Assembly (NCBI RefSeq): GCF_009914755.1
Contig: NC_060938.1
Source: the human T2T-CHM13v2.0 reference genome, Homo sapiens
Reading direction: 5' to 3' (one strand)
DNA: 64,000 bases
Made by a program: the position numbers and the translations under genes. Below are positions 1 to 17,694 of the stretch, piece by piece. Within the stretch, counting starts at the first letter, position 1. Every line of letters begins with the position of its first letter. The notes below the pieces were generated by a model, which saw only the letters and a program-made list of their open reading frames with translations, was not told where the DNA came from and ran no database searches.

Positions 1-370
1 CCTATCGCCATGGTGACGGGATTAGGGATCTCCTGCTCTTGGTCCTAAGGGCCACTGTCTGTGCTGTGTTTTTCAAAGGTCAGAACAGAGTGAACCTTTG
101 TGGTTTTATTTTCCCTGAGTTTGATTTTTCTCATGGGGAACCTGTGTTGCTGCTTTGAAGGTGTATTCGTACTGGCCTTTCAAATGCCAACTTTTCAAAT
201 TACTAGTTAATGCTTTCAAAACATGTTATTTAAAAAATTATCCTGTGTATTTTCCATATGCAGTTATAAATATGTTTCATGGTTATGTTTTATTCCTCAG
301 TTTATATATTTGATTATTGTACCAAGCAGAGTACCTTTGAAATTTTTTTTCATTTAAAAAATATGTATCT

Positions 371-662
<292 letters not shown>

Positions 663-2188
663 TTATATATGATATATATTATATGCTATGTCTTATGCTT
701 TATATGTAATATATAACCTCATATATATTATATGTCATAATATATAATATATATCCTATGTCATATTATATATATTGTATATATTACATAACATATATAA
801 TATGTAAAACATATTATACAACTTATACATGAAAATATATAATTTTACGTAACATGACATATAGTGATATATACTATGATATATAACATATATAGTATAT
901 CATATATGATATATAATATATACATTCTTACTACATATTATAATTTATATATATTATAATGAATATAAGGATATAATTATTTATATAATATAAATAATTA
1001 TATAGGATTATATAATTATATATAATATAAATAATAATATATATAATTACATGTTTATATAGTTATATGTATAATAATATAATTATATATATAATTATAT
1101 ATATCATATAACACACAGCACACATATTATATGATATATGATATATATTATACAATATAGGATACACAATATATATGATAGTTAATATATCATAATACAA
1201 TGTATATTTAATATTATGTATGTAACATATATTATGTGATATATAATATATATTATGAAATATAAAATAATGTAATATAATATATATTATATCATGATAT
1301 ATTATTTAAAGTATGTAATAAAAGTATATATAAGATAATATATAGTTATATACATTATATTATACATGTACATATAATATCATACAGTTATATATAATTT
1401 TAGTTATATATAATTATAATATAAAACGTACATAATATATATCATAAAATATATATTGTATACAGTATATATTATGTATCATATATTGTATGTTATATAG
1501 CATATATTGTATATCATATATCATACATTCTATGTTATATATAACACATTCCACATATTGTATATTATAAATTATATATAATATACGACATACATTATAT
1601 GTGATAAATTATACATTATACGCAACATAGTATATATTATATGTAACATGTATATTCCATGTAAATTATATAATATATAACCTATATTACATATAATTAA
1701 TAACATAGACATATAATATATATTTAATATAGGTATTATACATACAATGTGTTATATATAATATATAACATATATCATATATATGTCATAAAATAGAATA
1801 TATATTATATGTCATATTTTATATATACAATTATGTATTATTATATGTTATTTCATAGTATATATAACATAGATATAATATATATATTATCTGTAATGTA
1901 TATAATATATAACATAGATATAATATATATAATATATATAATGAATATTATATATTTAATACGTATATTAACCATATACTATATTCTATATATAATATAT
2001 ATTATATATGTCATAAAATATAATATATATTATATGTCATAATGTATACATATAATATATAATATCAATTATTATATTACATATATGTAGTATAAGACAC
2101 AGGATGTAAAACAATATTATATATATGTTATATATATTATATATATGATACTATATATTATTATATACATAATGTATATATATATATA
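663..2188. repeat. AT-rich low-complexity tract (representative; one follows every Alu)
   Basis: Degenerate (TA)n/ATATA sequence beginning directly at the Alu A-tail, with conserved landmarks such as cacattccacatattg. Confidence 0.9.
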
Positions 2189-2756
2189 TTTGTGTGTGTC
2201 CTGTTTCCCATCTCATAACTTGTATTAAGAAGCGCAGCATAATAATGTGTGGGCTTGGGATTCAGTTTTTGAAACGAAACACTAAGCCTTCAATGACCTT
2301 TCGGTCTATGTAAAGGCACTCCTGTCTTCCTGGACGCAGTTGGACCTCACAATGTGGATTGTGCCCTCACCCTGCAATGTTTATGCCCTATCGCCATGGT
2401 GACGGGATTAGGGATCTCCTGCTCTTGGTCCTAAGGGCCACTGTCTGTGCTGTGTTTTTCACAGGTCAGAACAGAGTGAACCTTTGTGGTTTTATTTTCC
2501 CTGAGTTTGATTTTTCTCATGGGGAACCTGTGTTGCTGCTTTGAAGGTGTATTCGTACTGGCCTTTCAAATGCCAACTCTTCAAATTACTAGTTAATGCT
2601 TTCAAAACATGTTATTTAAAAAATTATCCTGTGTATTTTCCATATGCAGTTATAAATATGTTTCATGGTTATGTTTTATTCCTCAGTTTATATATTTGAT
2701 TATTGTACCAAGCAGAGTACCTTTGAAATTTTTTTTCATTTAAAAAATATGTATCT
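2189..2756 (+). repeat. HSATI segment (representative copy; further copies start ~4581, 6973, 9401, 11841, 14393, 16834, 19275, 21738, 24198, 26631, 29102, 31503, 34007, 36598; partial copy at 1-370)
   Basis: Complex, moderately GC segment (cccatctcataact...gccatggtgacgggattaggg...accaagcagagtacctttg) that precedes each Alu. Confidence 0.85.
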
Positions 2757-3071
<315 letters not shown>

Positions 3072-5148
3072 CTATGTCTTATGCTTTATATGTAATATAT
3101 AACCTCATATATATTATATGTCATAATATATAATATATATACTATGTCATATTATATATTGTATATATTACATAACATATATAATATGTAAAACATATTA
3201 TACAACTTATACATGAAAATATATAATTATACGTAACATAACATATAGTTATATATACTATGATATATAACATATATAGTATATCATATATGATATATAA
3301 TATATACATTCTTACTACATATTATAATTTATATATATTATAATGAATATAAGGATATAATTATTTATATAATATAAATAATTATATAGGATTATATAAT
3401 TATATATAATATAAACAATAATATATATAATTACATGTTTATATAGTTATATGTATAATAATATAATTATATATATACTTATATATATCATATAACAGAC
3501 AGCATACGTATTATATAATATATGATATATATTATACAATATAGGATACATAATATATATGATAGTTAATATATCATAATATAATATATATTTAATATTA
3601 TGTATGTAACATATATTATGTGATATATAATATATATTACGAAATATAAAATAATGTAATATAATATATATTATATCATGATATATTATTTAAAGTATGT
3701 AATAAAAGTATATATAATATAATATATAGTTATATACATTATATTATACATGTACATATATTATTATACAGTTATATATAATTTTAGTTATATATAATTA
3801 TAATATAAAACGTACATAATATATATCATAAAATATATATTGTGTACCATATATATTATGTATCATATATTGTATGTTATATAGCATATATTGTATATCG
3901 TATATCATACATTCTATGTTATATATAACACATTCCACATATTGTATATTATAAATTATATATAATATATGACATACATTATATTATATGTGATAAATTA
4001 TACATTATACGCAACATAGTACATATTATATGTAACATGTATATTCCATGTAAAATATATAGTATATAACCTATATTACATATAATTAATAACATAGAGA
4101 TATAATATATATTTAATATAGGTATTATACATACAATGTATTATATATAATATATAACATATATCATATATATGTCATAAAACGGAATATATATTATATG
4201 TCATATTTTATATATACAATTATGTATTATTATATGTTATTTCATAGTATATATAACATAGATATAATATATATATTATCTGTAATGTATATAATATATA
4301 ACATAGATATTATATATAATATATATAAGGAATATTATATATTTAATACGTATATTAACCATATAATATATTCTAAATATAATATATATTATATATGTCA
4401 AAAAATATTATATATATTATATGTCATACTGTATAAATATAATATATATTATCAATTATTATATTACATATAATATATGTAGTATAAGATGCAGGATGTA
4501 AAACAATATTATATATATGTTATATATATTATATATATGATACTATATATTATTATATACATAATGTGTATATATATATACTTGTGTGTGTCCTGTTTCC
4601 CATCTCATAACTTGTTTTAAGAAGCGCAGCATAATAATGTGTGGGCTTGGGATTCAGTTTTTGAAACGAAACACTAAGCCTTCAATGACCTTTCGGTCTA
4701 TGTAAAGACACTCCTGTCTTCCTGGCCGCAGTTGGACCTCACAATGTGGATTGTGCCCTCACCCTGCAATGTTTATGCCCTATCGCCATGGTGACGGGAT
4801 TAGGGATCTCCTGCTCTTGGTCCTAAGGGCCACTGTCTGTGCTGTGTTTTTCAAAGGTCAGAACAGAGTGAACCTTTGTGGTTTTATTTTCCCTGAGTTT
4901 GATTTTTCTCATGGGGAACCTGTGTTGCTGCTTTGAAGGTGTATTCGTACTGGCCTTTCAAATGCCAACTCTTCAAATTACTAGTTAATGCTTTCAAAAC
5001 ATGTTATTTAAAAAATTATCCTGTGTATTTTCCATATGCAGTTATAAATATGTTTCATGGTTATGTTTTATTCCTCAGTTTATATATTTGATTATTGTAC
5101 CAAGCAGAGTACCTTTGAAATTTTTTTTCATTTAAAAAATATGTATCT

Positions 5149-5463
<315 letters not shown>

Positions 5464-7540
5464 CTATGTCTTATGCTTTATATGTAATATATAACCTCAT
5501 ATATATTATATGTCATAATATATAATATATATACTATGTCATATTATATATTGTATATATTACATAACATATATAATATGTAAAACATATTATACAACTT
5601 ATACATGAAAATATATAATTATACGTAACATAACGTATAGTTATATATACTACGATATATAACATATATAGTATATCATATATGATATATAATATATACA
5701 TTCTTACTACATATTATAATTTATATATATTATAATGAATATAAGGATATAATTATTTATATAATATAAATAATTATATAGGATTATATAATTATATATA
5801 ATATAAACAATAATATATATAATTACATGTTTATATAGTTATATGTATAATAATATAATTATATATATACTTATATATATCATATAACAGACAGCATACG
5901 TATTATATAATATATGATATATATTATACAATATAGGATACATAATATATATGATAGCTAATATATCATAATATAATATATATTTAATATTATGTATGTA
6001 ACATATATTATGTGATATATAATATATATTACGAAATATAAAATAATGTAATATAATATATATTATATCATGATATATTATTTAAAGTATGTAATAAAAG
6101 TATATATAATATAATATATAGTTATATACATTATATTATACATGTACATATATTATTATACAGTTATATATAATTTTAGTTATATATAATTATAATATAA
6201 AACGTACATAATATATATCATAAAATATATATTGTGTACCATATATATTATGTATCATATATTGTATGTTATATAGCATATATTGTATATCGTATATCAT
6301 ACATTCTATGTTATATATAACACATTCCACATATTGTATATTATAAATTATATATAATATATGACATACATTATATTATATGTGATAAATTATACATTAT
6401 ACGCAACATAGTACATATTATATGTAACATGTATATTCCATGTAAAATATATAGTATATAACCTATATTACATATAATTAATAACATAGAGATATAATAT
6501 ATATTTAATATAGGTATTATACATACAATGTATTATATATAATATATAACATATATCATATATATGTCATAAAACGGAATATATATTATATGTCATATTT
6601 TATATATACAATTATGTATTATTATATGTTATTTCATAGTATATATAACATAGATATAATATATATATTATCTGTAATGTATATAATATATAACATAGAT
6701 ATTATATATAATATATATAAGGAATATTATATATTTAATACGTATATTAACCATATAATATATTCTAAATATAATATATATTATATATGTCAAAAAATAT
6801 TATATATATTATATGTCATACTGTATAAATATAATATATATTATCAATTATTATATTACATATAATATATGTAGTATAAGATGCAGGATGTAAAACAATA
6901 TTATATATATGTTATATATATTATATATATGATACTATATATTATTATATACATAATGTGTATATATATATACTTGTGTGTGTCCTGTTTCCCATCTCAT
7001 AACTTGTTTTAAGAAGCGCAGCATAATAATGTGTGGGCTTGGGATTCAGTTTTTGAAACGAAACACTAAGCCTTCAATGACCTTTCGGTCTATGTAAAGA
7101 CACTCCTGTCTTCCTGGCCGCAGTTGGACCTCACAATGTGGATTGTGCCCTCACCCTGCAATGTTTATGCCCTATCGCCATGGTGACGGGATTAGGGATC
7201 TCCTGCTCTTGGTCCTAAGGGCCACTGTCTGTGCTGTGTTTTTCAAAGGTCAGAACAGAGTGAACCTTTGTGGTTTTATTTTCCCTGAGTTTGATTTTTC
7301 TCATGGGGAACCTGTGTTGCTGCTTTGAAGGTGTATTCGTACTGGCCTTTCAAATGCCAACTCTTCAAATTACTAGTTAATGCTTTCAAAACATGTTATT
7401 TAAAAAATTATCCTGTGTATTTTCCATATGCAGTTATAAATATGTTTCATGGTTATGTTTTATTCCTCAGGTTATATATTTGATTATTGTACCAAGCAGA
7501 GTACCTTTGAAATTTTTTTTCATTTAAAAAATATGTATCT

Positions 7541-7855
<315 letters not shown>

Positions 7856-9968
7856 CTATGTCTTATGCTTTATATGTAATATATAACCTCATATATATTA
7901 TATGTCATAATATATAATATATGTCCTATGTCATATTATATATATTGTATATATTACATAACATATATAATATGTAAGACATATTATACAACTTATACAT
8001 GAAAATATATAATTATACGTAACAAAACATATAATTATATATACTATGATATATAACATATATAGTATAACATATATGATATATAATATATACATTCTTA
8101 CAACATATTAGAATTTATATCTATTATAATGTATATAAGGATATAATTATTTATATAATATAAATAATTATATATGATTATATAAGTATATATAATATAA
8201 ATAATAATATATGATTATATAATTATATATAATATAAATAATAATATAAATAATTACATGTTTATATAGTTATATGTATAATAATATAATTATATATATA
8301 ATTATATATATCATATAACAGACAGCATACATATTATATAATATATGATATATATTATACAATATAGGATACATAATATATATGATAGTTAATATATCAT
8401 AATATAATATATATTTAATATTATGTATGTAACATATATTATGTGATATATAATATATGTTATGAAATATAAAATAATGTATTATAATATATATCATGAT
8501 ATATTATGTAAACTATGTAATAAAAGTATATATAATATAATATATAGTTATATACATTATATTATACATGTACATATAATATTATACAGTTATATATAAT
8601 TTTAGTTATATATAATTATAATATAAAACGTACATAATATATATCATAAAATATATATTGTATACCATATATACTATGTATCATATATTGTATGTTATAT
8701 AGCATATATTGTATATCATATATCATATATTCTATGTTATATATAACACATTCCACATATTGTATATTATAAACTATATATAATATATGACATACATTAT
8801 ATTATATATGATAAATTATACATTATACGCAACATAGTATATATTATATGTAACATGTATATTCCATGTAAAATATATAATATATAACCTATATTACGTA
8901 TAATTAATAACATAGACATAAAATATATATTTAATATAGGTATTATACATACAATGTATTTTATATAATATATAATATATATCATATATATGTCATAAAA
9001 TTGAATATATATTATATGTCATATTTTATATATACAATTATATATTATTATATCTTATTTTATAGTATATATAACATAGATATAATATATATATTATCTG
9101 TAATGTATAGAATATATAACATAGATATAATATATATAATATATATAATGAATATTATATATTTAATACGTATATTAACCATATAATATATTCTATATAT
9201 AATATATATTATATATGTCATAAAATATAATATATATTATATGTCATACTGTATAAATATAATATATACTATCAATTATTATATTACATACAATATATGT
9301 AGTATAAGATGCAGGATGTAAAACATTATTATATATATGTTATATATATTATATATATGATACTATATATTATTATATACATAATGTATATATATATATA
9401 TTTGTGTGTGTCCTGTTTCCCATCTGATAACTTGTTTTAAGAAGCGCAGCATAATAATGTGTGGGCTTGGGTTTCAGTTTTTGAAACAAAACACTAAGCC
9501 TTCAATGACCTTTCGGTCTATGTAAAGGCACTCCTGTCTTCCTGGCCGCAGTTGGACCTCACAATGTGGATTGTGCCCTCACCCAGCAATGTTTATGCCC
9601 TATCGCCATGGTGACGGGATTAGGGATCTCCTGCTCTTGGTCCTAAGGGCCACTGTCTGTGCTGTGTTTTTCACAGGTCAGAACAGAGTGAACCTTTGTG
9701 GTTTTATTTTCCCTGAGTTTGATTTTTCTCATGGGGAACCTGTGTTGCTGCTTTGAAGGTGTATTCGTACTGGCCTTTCAAATGCCAACTCTTCAAATTA
9801 CTAGTTAATGCTTTCAAAACATGTTATTTAAAAAATTATCCTGTGTATTTTCCATATGCAGTTATAAATATGTTTCATGGTTATGTTTTATTCCTCAGTT
9901 TATATATTTGATTATTGTACCAAGCAGAGTACCTTTGAAATTTTTTTTCATTTAAAAAATATGTATCT

Positions 9969-10283
<315 letters not shown>

Positions 10284-12408
10284 CTATGTCTTATGCTTTA
10301 TATGTAATATATAACCTCATATATATTATATGTCATAATATATAATATATATCCTATGTCATATTATATATTGTATATATTACATAACTTATATAATATG
10401 TAAAACATATTATACAACTTATACATGAAAATATATAATTATACGTAACAGGACATATAGTTATATGTACTATGATCTATAACATATATAGTATATCATA
10501 TATGATATATAATATATACATTTTTATTACATATTATAATTTATATATATTATAATGTATATAAGGATATAATTATTTATATAATATAAATAATTATATA
10601 TGATTATATAATTATATATAATATAAATAATAATATATATAATTACATGTTTATATAGTTATATGTATAATAATATAATTATATATATAATTATATATAT
10701 CATATAACAGATAGCATACATATTATATAATATATGATATATATTATACAATATAGGACACATAATATACATGATAGTTAATATATCATAATATAATATA
10801 TATTTAATGTTATGTATATAACATACACTATGTGATATATAATATATATTATGAAATATAAAATAATGTAATATAATATATATTATATCATGATATATTA
10901 TGTAAAGTATGTAATAAAAGTATATATAATATAATATATAGTTATATACATTATATTCTACATGTACATATAATATTATACAGTTATATATAATTTTAAA
11001 TAGTTATATATAACTATAATATAAAACGTATACAATATATATCATAAAATATATATTGTATACCATATATATTATGTATCATATATTGTATGTTATATAG
11101 CATATATTGTATATCATATATCATATATTCTATGTTATATATAACACATTCCACATATTGTATATTATAAATTATATATAATATATGACATACATTATAT
11201 TATATGTGATAAATTATTCATTATATGCAACATAGTATATATTATATGTAACATGTATATTCCATGTAAAATATATAATATATAGCCTATATTACATATA
11301 ATTAATAACATAGACATATAATATATATTTAATATTGGTATTATACATACAATGTATTATATATAATATATAACATATATTATGTATGTCATAAAATAGA
11401 ATATATATTATACGTCATATTTTATATATACAATTATATATTATTATATGTTATTTTATATTATATATAACGTAGTTATAATATATATCTATAATGTATA
11501 TTATATATAACATAGATATTATATATAATATATATAATGTATATTATATATATCATAGATATTATATATAATATATATAATGTATATTTTATATTTAATA
11601 CGTATATTAACCATATAATATATGCTATATAAGATATATAATATATATTATATATGTCATAATATATAATATATAGTATATGTCATATTGTATAAATATA
11701 ATACTTATATAATATCAATTATTATATTACATATAATATATATAATATAAGATGCAGGATGTAAAACTATATTATATATATGTTATATATATTATATACA
11801 TGATACTATATATTATTATATACATAATGTATATATATATATGTGGGTGCCCTATTTCCCATCTCATAACTTGTTTTAAGAAGCGCAGCATAATAATGTG
11901 TAGGCTTGGGATTCAGTTTTTGAAACAAAACACTGAGCCTTCAATGACCTTTCGGTCTATGTAAAGGCACTCCTGTCTTCCTGACAGCGGTTGGACCTCG
12001 CAATGTGGATTGGGCCCTCATCCTGCAATGTTTATGCCCTTTCGCCATGGTGACGGGATTAGGGATCTCCTGCTCTTGGTCCTAAGGGCCACTGTCTGTG
12101 CTGTGTTTTTCAAAGGTCAGTACAGATTGAACCTTTGTGGATTTATTTTCCCTGAGTTTGATTTTTCTCATGGGGATACCTGTGTTGCTGCTTTGAAGGT
12201 ATATTCATACTGGCCTTGCAAATGCCAACTCTTCAAATTACTAGTGAATGCTTTCAAAATATGTTATTTCAAAAATTATCCTCTGTATTTTCCATATGCA
12301 GTTATAAATATGTTTCATGGTTATGTTTTATTCCTCAGTTTATATATTTGATCATTGTACGAAGCAGAGTACCTTTGAAATTTTTTTTCATCTAAAAAAT
12401 ATGTATCT

Positions 12409-12700
12409 TAGCTCAGGCCTGTAATCCCAGCAAATTTGGAGGCTAATGCAAGGGGATCACAAGGTGAAGAGATCAAGACCATCCTGGCCAATACAGTGAA
12501 ACGCTGTCACTACTAAAAATGCAAAAAATTAGCTAGGCATGGTGGCAGCGGGTGTAGTCCCAGTGTGGTGTAGTCCAAGCTACCTGGGAGGCTGAGGGAG
12601 GGCAATCGCTTGAACCCGTGAGGCAGATGTTGCAGTGAGCAAATTTGGTGCCATTGTACTCCACCCTGTGCAACAGGACGAGACTCTGTCTAAAGAAAAA
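12409..12700 (+). mobile_element. Alu in HSat1B unit
   Basis: Same dimeric Alu sequence (subtype B variants). Confidence 0.93.
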
Positions 12701-14961
12701 TTATATATGGTATATATTATATGTTATGTAATATGCTTTACATGTTATATATAACCTCATATATATTATATGTCATAATATATATTTATCCTGTGTCATA
12801 TTATATATATTATATATTTCATAACATATATAATACATAATACATATTATACATCTTAAATATGAAAATATGTAATTAGAGATAACATAACATATAGTTA
12901 TATATAATATGATACATAACATATATACTATATCATATATGATATATAATATATATACTTTTTATTACATATTATAATTTATATATACTATAATTTACGT
13001 AATGATATAATTATTTATAGAAGAGAAATAATTATATATAATTATATAATTATATATAATATAAATAATAATATATATAATTACATATAATATAAATAAT
13101 AATATATATAATTACATATTCATATCGCTAAATGAATAATAATATATTAAATATATAATTTTATATATCATATAATAGACAACAAACATAATATATAATA
13201 TATAATATATATTATACACTATAGGATACATAATATATATGATATATAATATATCATAATATAATATATATTTTAACATTATGTATGTAACATATATTAT
13301 GTGATATATAAAATATATAATGTAATATAAAATAATATAATATAATATATATTGTATTAAGATATGTTATGTAAATTATGTAATAAAATTATATATAACA
13401 TAATATATAGTTATATATATTATATTATATATTTACGTATAATATTATACAGTTATATATAATTTTAAATAGTTATATATAATATAATATAAAACAAATG
13501 TAATACGTACCATAAAATATATATTGTATACCATATATATTATGTATCATATATTGTATGTTATATATCTTATATTGTATATCATATATCATCTATTATA
13601 TGTTATATATATCACATTCCACATATTGTATATTATAAATAATATATAACATAAGACATACATTATATAATATATAATAACTTATACATTATATGTAACA
13701 GTATATATTATATGTAACATATATATTCTATGTAAAATATACAATATATAACATATATTACATATAATTAATAACATAGACATATAATATATATCTAATA
13801 GATGTAATATACATACAACATATTATATATATAATATATAATATATATTATGTATATGGCATAAAATATAATATATATTATATGTCATATTTTATATATG
13901 CAATTATATATTATTATATGTTATTTTATATTATATATTACATAGATATAATATACATCTATAATGTATATTATATATAACATTGATATAATATATATCT
14001 ATGATGTATATTATATATAACATAGATATTATATATAATATATTTAAGGTATATTATATATATCATAGATATTATATATAATATATTTAAGGTATATTAT
14101 ATATATCATAGATATTATATATAATATATATAATGTATGTTATATATTTAATGCGTATATTAACCATATAATATATTCTATATATGATATATAATATATA
14201 TTATGTATGTCATAAAATATAATAGAGTATATGTCATAGTGTATAAATATAATACTTATGTAATATCAATTAATATATTACATATAATATATATAATATA
14301 AAATGCAGGATGTACAACAATATTATATATATGTTATATATATTATATATATGATACTATATATTATTATATACATAATGTATATGTATATATTTGTGGC
14401 TGCCCTATTTCCCATCTCATAACTTGTTTTAAGAAGCGCAGCATAATAATGTGTGGGCTTGGGATTCAGTTTTTGAAACAAAACACTGAGCCTTCAATGA
14501 CCTTTCGGACTATGTAAAAGCACTCCTGTCTTCCTGGCAGCGGTTGGACCTCGCAATGTGGATTGTGCCCTCACCCTGCAATGTTTATGCCCTTTCGCCA
14601 TGGTGACGGGATTAGGGATCTCCTGCTCTTGGTCTTAAGGGCCACTGTCTGTGCTGTGTTTTTCAAAGGTCAGCACAGATTGAACCTTTGTGGTTTTATT
14701 TTCCCTGAGTTTGATTTTTCTCATGGGGATACCTGTGTTGCTGCTTTGAAGGTATATTCATACTGGGCTTTCAAATGCCAACTCTTCAAATTACTAGTTA
14801 ATGCTTTCAAAATATGTTATTTCAAAAATTATCCTCTGTATTTTCCATATGCAGTTATAAATAGGTTTCATGGTTATGTTTTATTCCTCAGTTTATATAT
14901 TTGATTATTGTACCAAGCAGAGTACCTTTGAAATTTTTTTTCATCTAAAAAATATGTATCT

Positions 14962-15254
14962 TACCTCAGGCCTGTAATCCCAGCAAATTTGGAGGCCTAG
15001 GCAAGGGGATCACAAGGTGAAGAGATCAAGACCATTCTGGCCAATACAGTGAAACGCTGTCACTACTAAAAATCCAAAAAATTAGCTAGGCATTGTGGCA
15101 GCGGGTGTAGTCCCAGTGTGGTGTAGTCCAAGCTACCTGGGAGGCTGAGGGAGGGCAATCGCTTGAACCCGTGAGGCAGATGTTGCAGTGAGCAAATTTG
15201 GTGCCATTGTACTCCACCCTGTGCAACAGGACAAGACTCTGTCTAAACAAAAAA
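14962..15254 (+). mobile_element. Alu in HSat1B unit
   Basis: Same dimeric Alu sequence. Confidence 0.93.
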
Positions 15255-17402
15255 TTATATATGGTATATATTATATGTTACGTAATATGCTTTACATGTA
15301 ATATATAACCTCAGATATATTATATGTCATAATATATAATATTTATCCTGTGTCATATTATATATATTATATATTTCATAACATATATAATACATAATAC
15401 ATATTATACATCTTATATATTAAAATATGTAATTAGAGATAACATAACATATAGTTATATATAATATGATATATAACATATACACTATATTATATATGAC
15501 ATAAAATACATATATTTTTTATGACATAATATAACTTATGTATACTACAATATATATTATGATATAATTATTTATATAATATAAACAATTATATATAATT
15601 ATATAATTATATATAATATGAATAATAATATATATAATTACATATTCATATCGCTAAATGTATAATAATATATTAAATATATAATTCTATATATCATATA
15701 TTAGACATCAGATATAATATATAATATATAATATATATTATACACTATAGGACACATAATATATATGATATAATATATCATAATATAATATATATTTTAA
15801 CATTATGTATGTAACATATATTATGTGATATAAAAAATATATAATGTAATATATAATGATATAATATAATATATATTGTATTAAGATACATTATGTAAAG
15901 TATGTAATAAAATTATATATAACATAATATATAGTTATATATATTATATTATATATTTACGTATAATATTATACAGTTATATATAATTTTAAATAGTTAT
16001 ATATAATATAATATAAAACAAATATAATACGTATCATAAAATATATATTGTATACCATATATATTATGTATCATATATTGTATGTTATATAACATATATT
16101 GTATATCATATATCATCTATTATGTGTTATATATATCACATTCCACATATTGTATATTATAAATTATATATAACATATGACATACATTATATTATATATA
16201 ATAACTTATACATTATATGTAACAGTATATATTATATGTAACATGTATATTCTATGTAAAATATACAATATATAACATTTAGTACATATAATTAATAACA
16301 TAGATATATAATATATATCTAATATATGTACTATACATACAACATATTATATATATAATATATAATGTATATTATGCATATAGCATAAATATAATATATA
16401 TTATATGTCATATTTTATATATAAAATTATATATTATTATATGTCATTTTATATTATATATAACATAGTTATAATATATATCTATAATTTATATTATATA
16501 TAACATAGATATTATATATAATATATATAATGTATATTATATATATCATAGATATTATATATAATATATATAATGATATTATATATTTAATACGTATATT
16601 AACCATATAATATATTCTATATATGATATATAATATATTTTATGTATGTCATAAAATATATCATAGAGTATATGTCATATTGTATAAATATAATACTTAT
16701 ATAATATCAATTATTATATTACATATAAAATATATAATATAAGTTGCAGGATGTAAAACAATAATATGTATATGTTATATATATTATATATATGATACTA
16801 TATATTATTATATACATAATGTATATGTATATATTTGTGGCTGCCCTATTTCCCATCTCATAACTTGTTTTAAGAAGCGCAGCATAATAATGTGTGGGCT
16901 TGGGATTCAGTTTTTGAAACAAAACACTGAGCCTTCCATGACCTTTCGGTCTATGTAAATGCACTCCTGTCTTCCTGGCAGTGGTGGGACCTCGCAATGT
17001 GGATTGTGCCCTCACCCTGCAATGTTTATGCCCTTTCGCCATGGTGACGGGATTAGGGATCTCCTGCTCTTGGTCCTAAGGGCCACTGTCTGTGCTGTGT
17101 TTTTCAAAGGTCAGCACAGATTGAACCTTTGTGGTTTTGTTTTCCCTGAGTTCGATTTTTCTCATGGGGATACCTGTGTTGCTGCTTTGAAGGTATATTC
17201 CTACTGGCCTTTCAAATGCCAACTCTACAAATTACTAGTTAATTCTTTCAAAATATGTTATTTCAAAAATTATCCTCTGTATTTTCCATATGCAGTTATA
17301 AATATGTTTCATGGTTATGTTTTATTCCTCAGTTTATATATTTGATTATTGTACCAAGCAGAGTACCTTTGAAATTTTTTTTCATTAAAAAAATATGTAT
17401 CT

Positions 17403-17694
17403 TGGCTCAGGCCTGTAATCCCAGCAAATTTGCAGGCCAAGGCAAGGGGATCACAAGGTGAAGAGATCAAGACCATCCTGGCCAATACAGTGAAACGCTG
17501 TCAATACTAAAAATCCAAAAAATTAGCTAGGCATGGTGGCAGCGGGTGTAGTCCCAGTGTGGTGTAGTCCAAGCTACCTGGGAGGCTGAGGGAGGGCAAT
17601 CGCTTGAACCCGTGAGGCAGATGTTGCAGTGAGCAAATTTGGTGCCATTGTACTCCACCCTGTGCAACAGGACAAGACTCTGTCTAAAAAAAAA
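17403..17694 (+). mobile_element. Alu in HSat1B unit
   Basis: Same dimeric Alu sequence. Confidence 0.93.
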
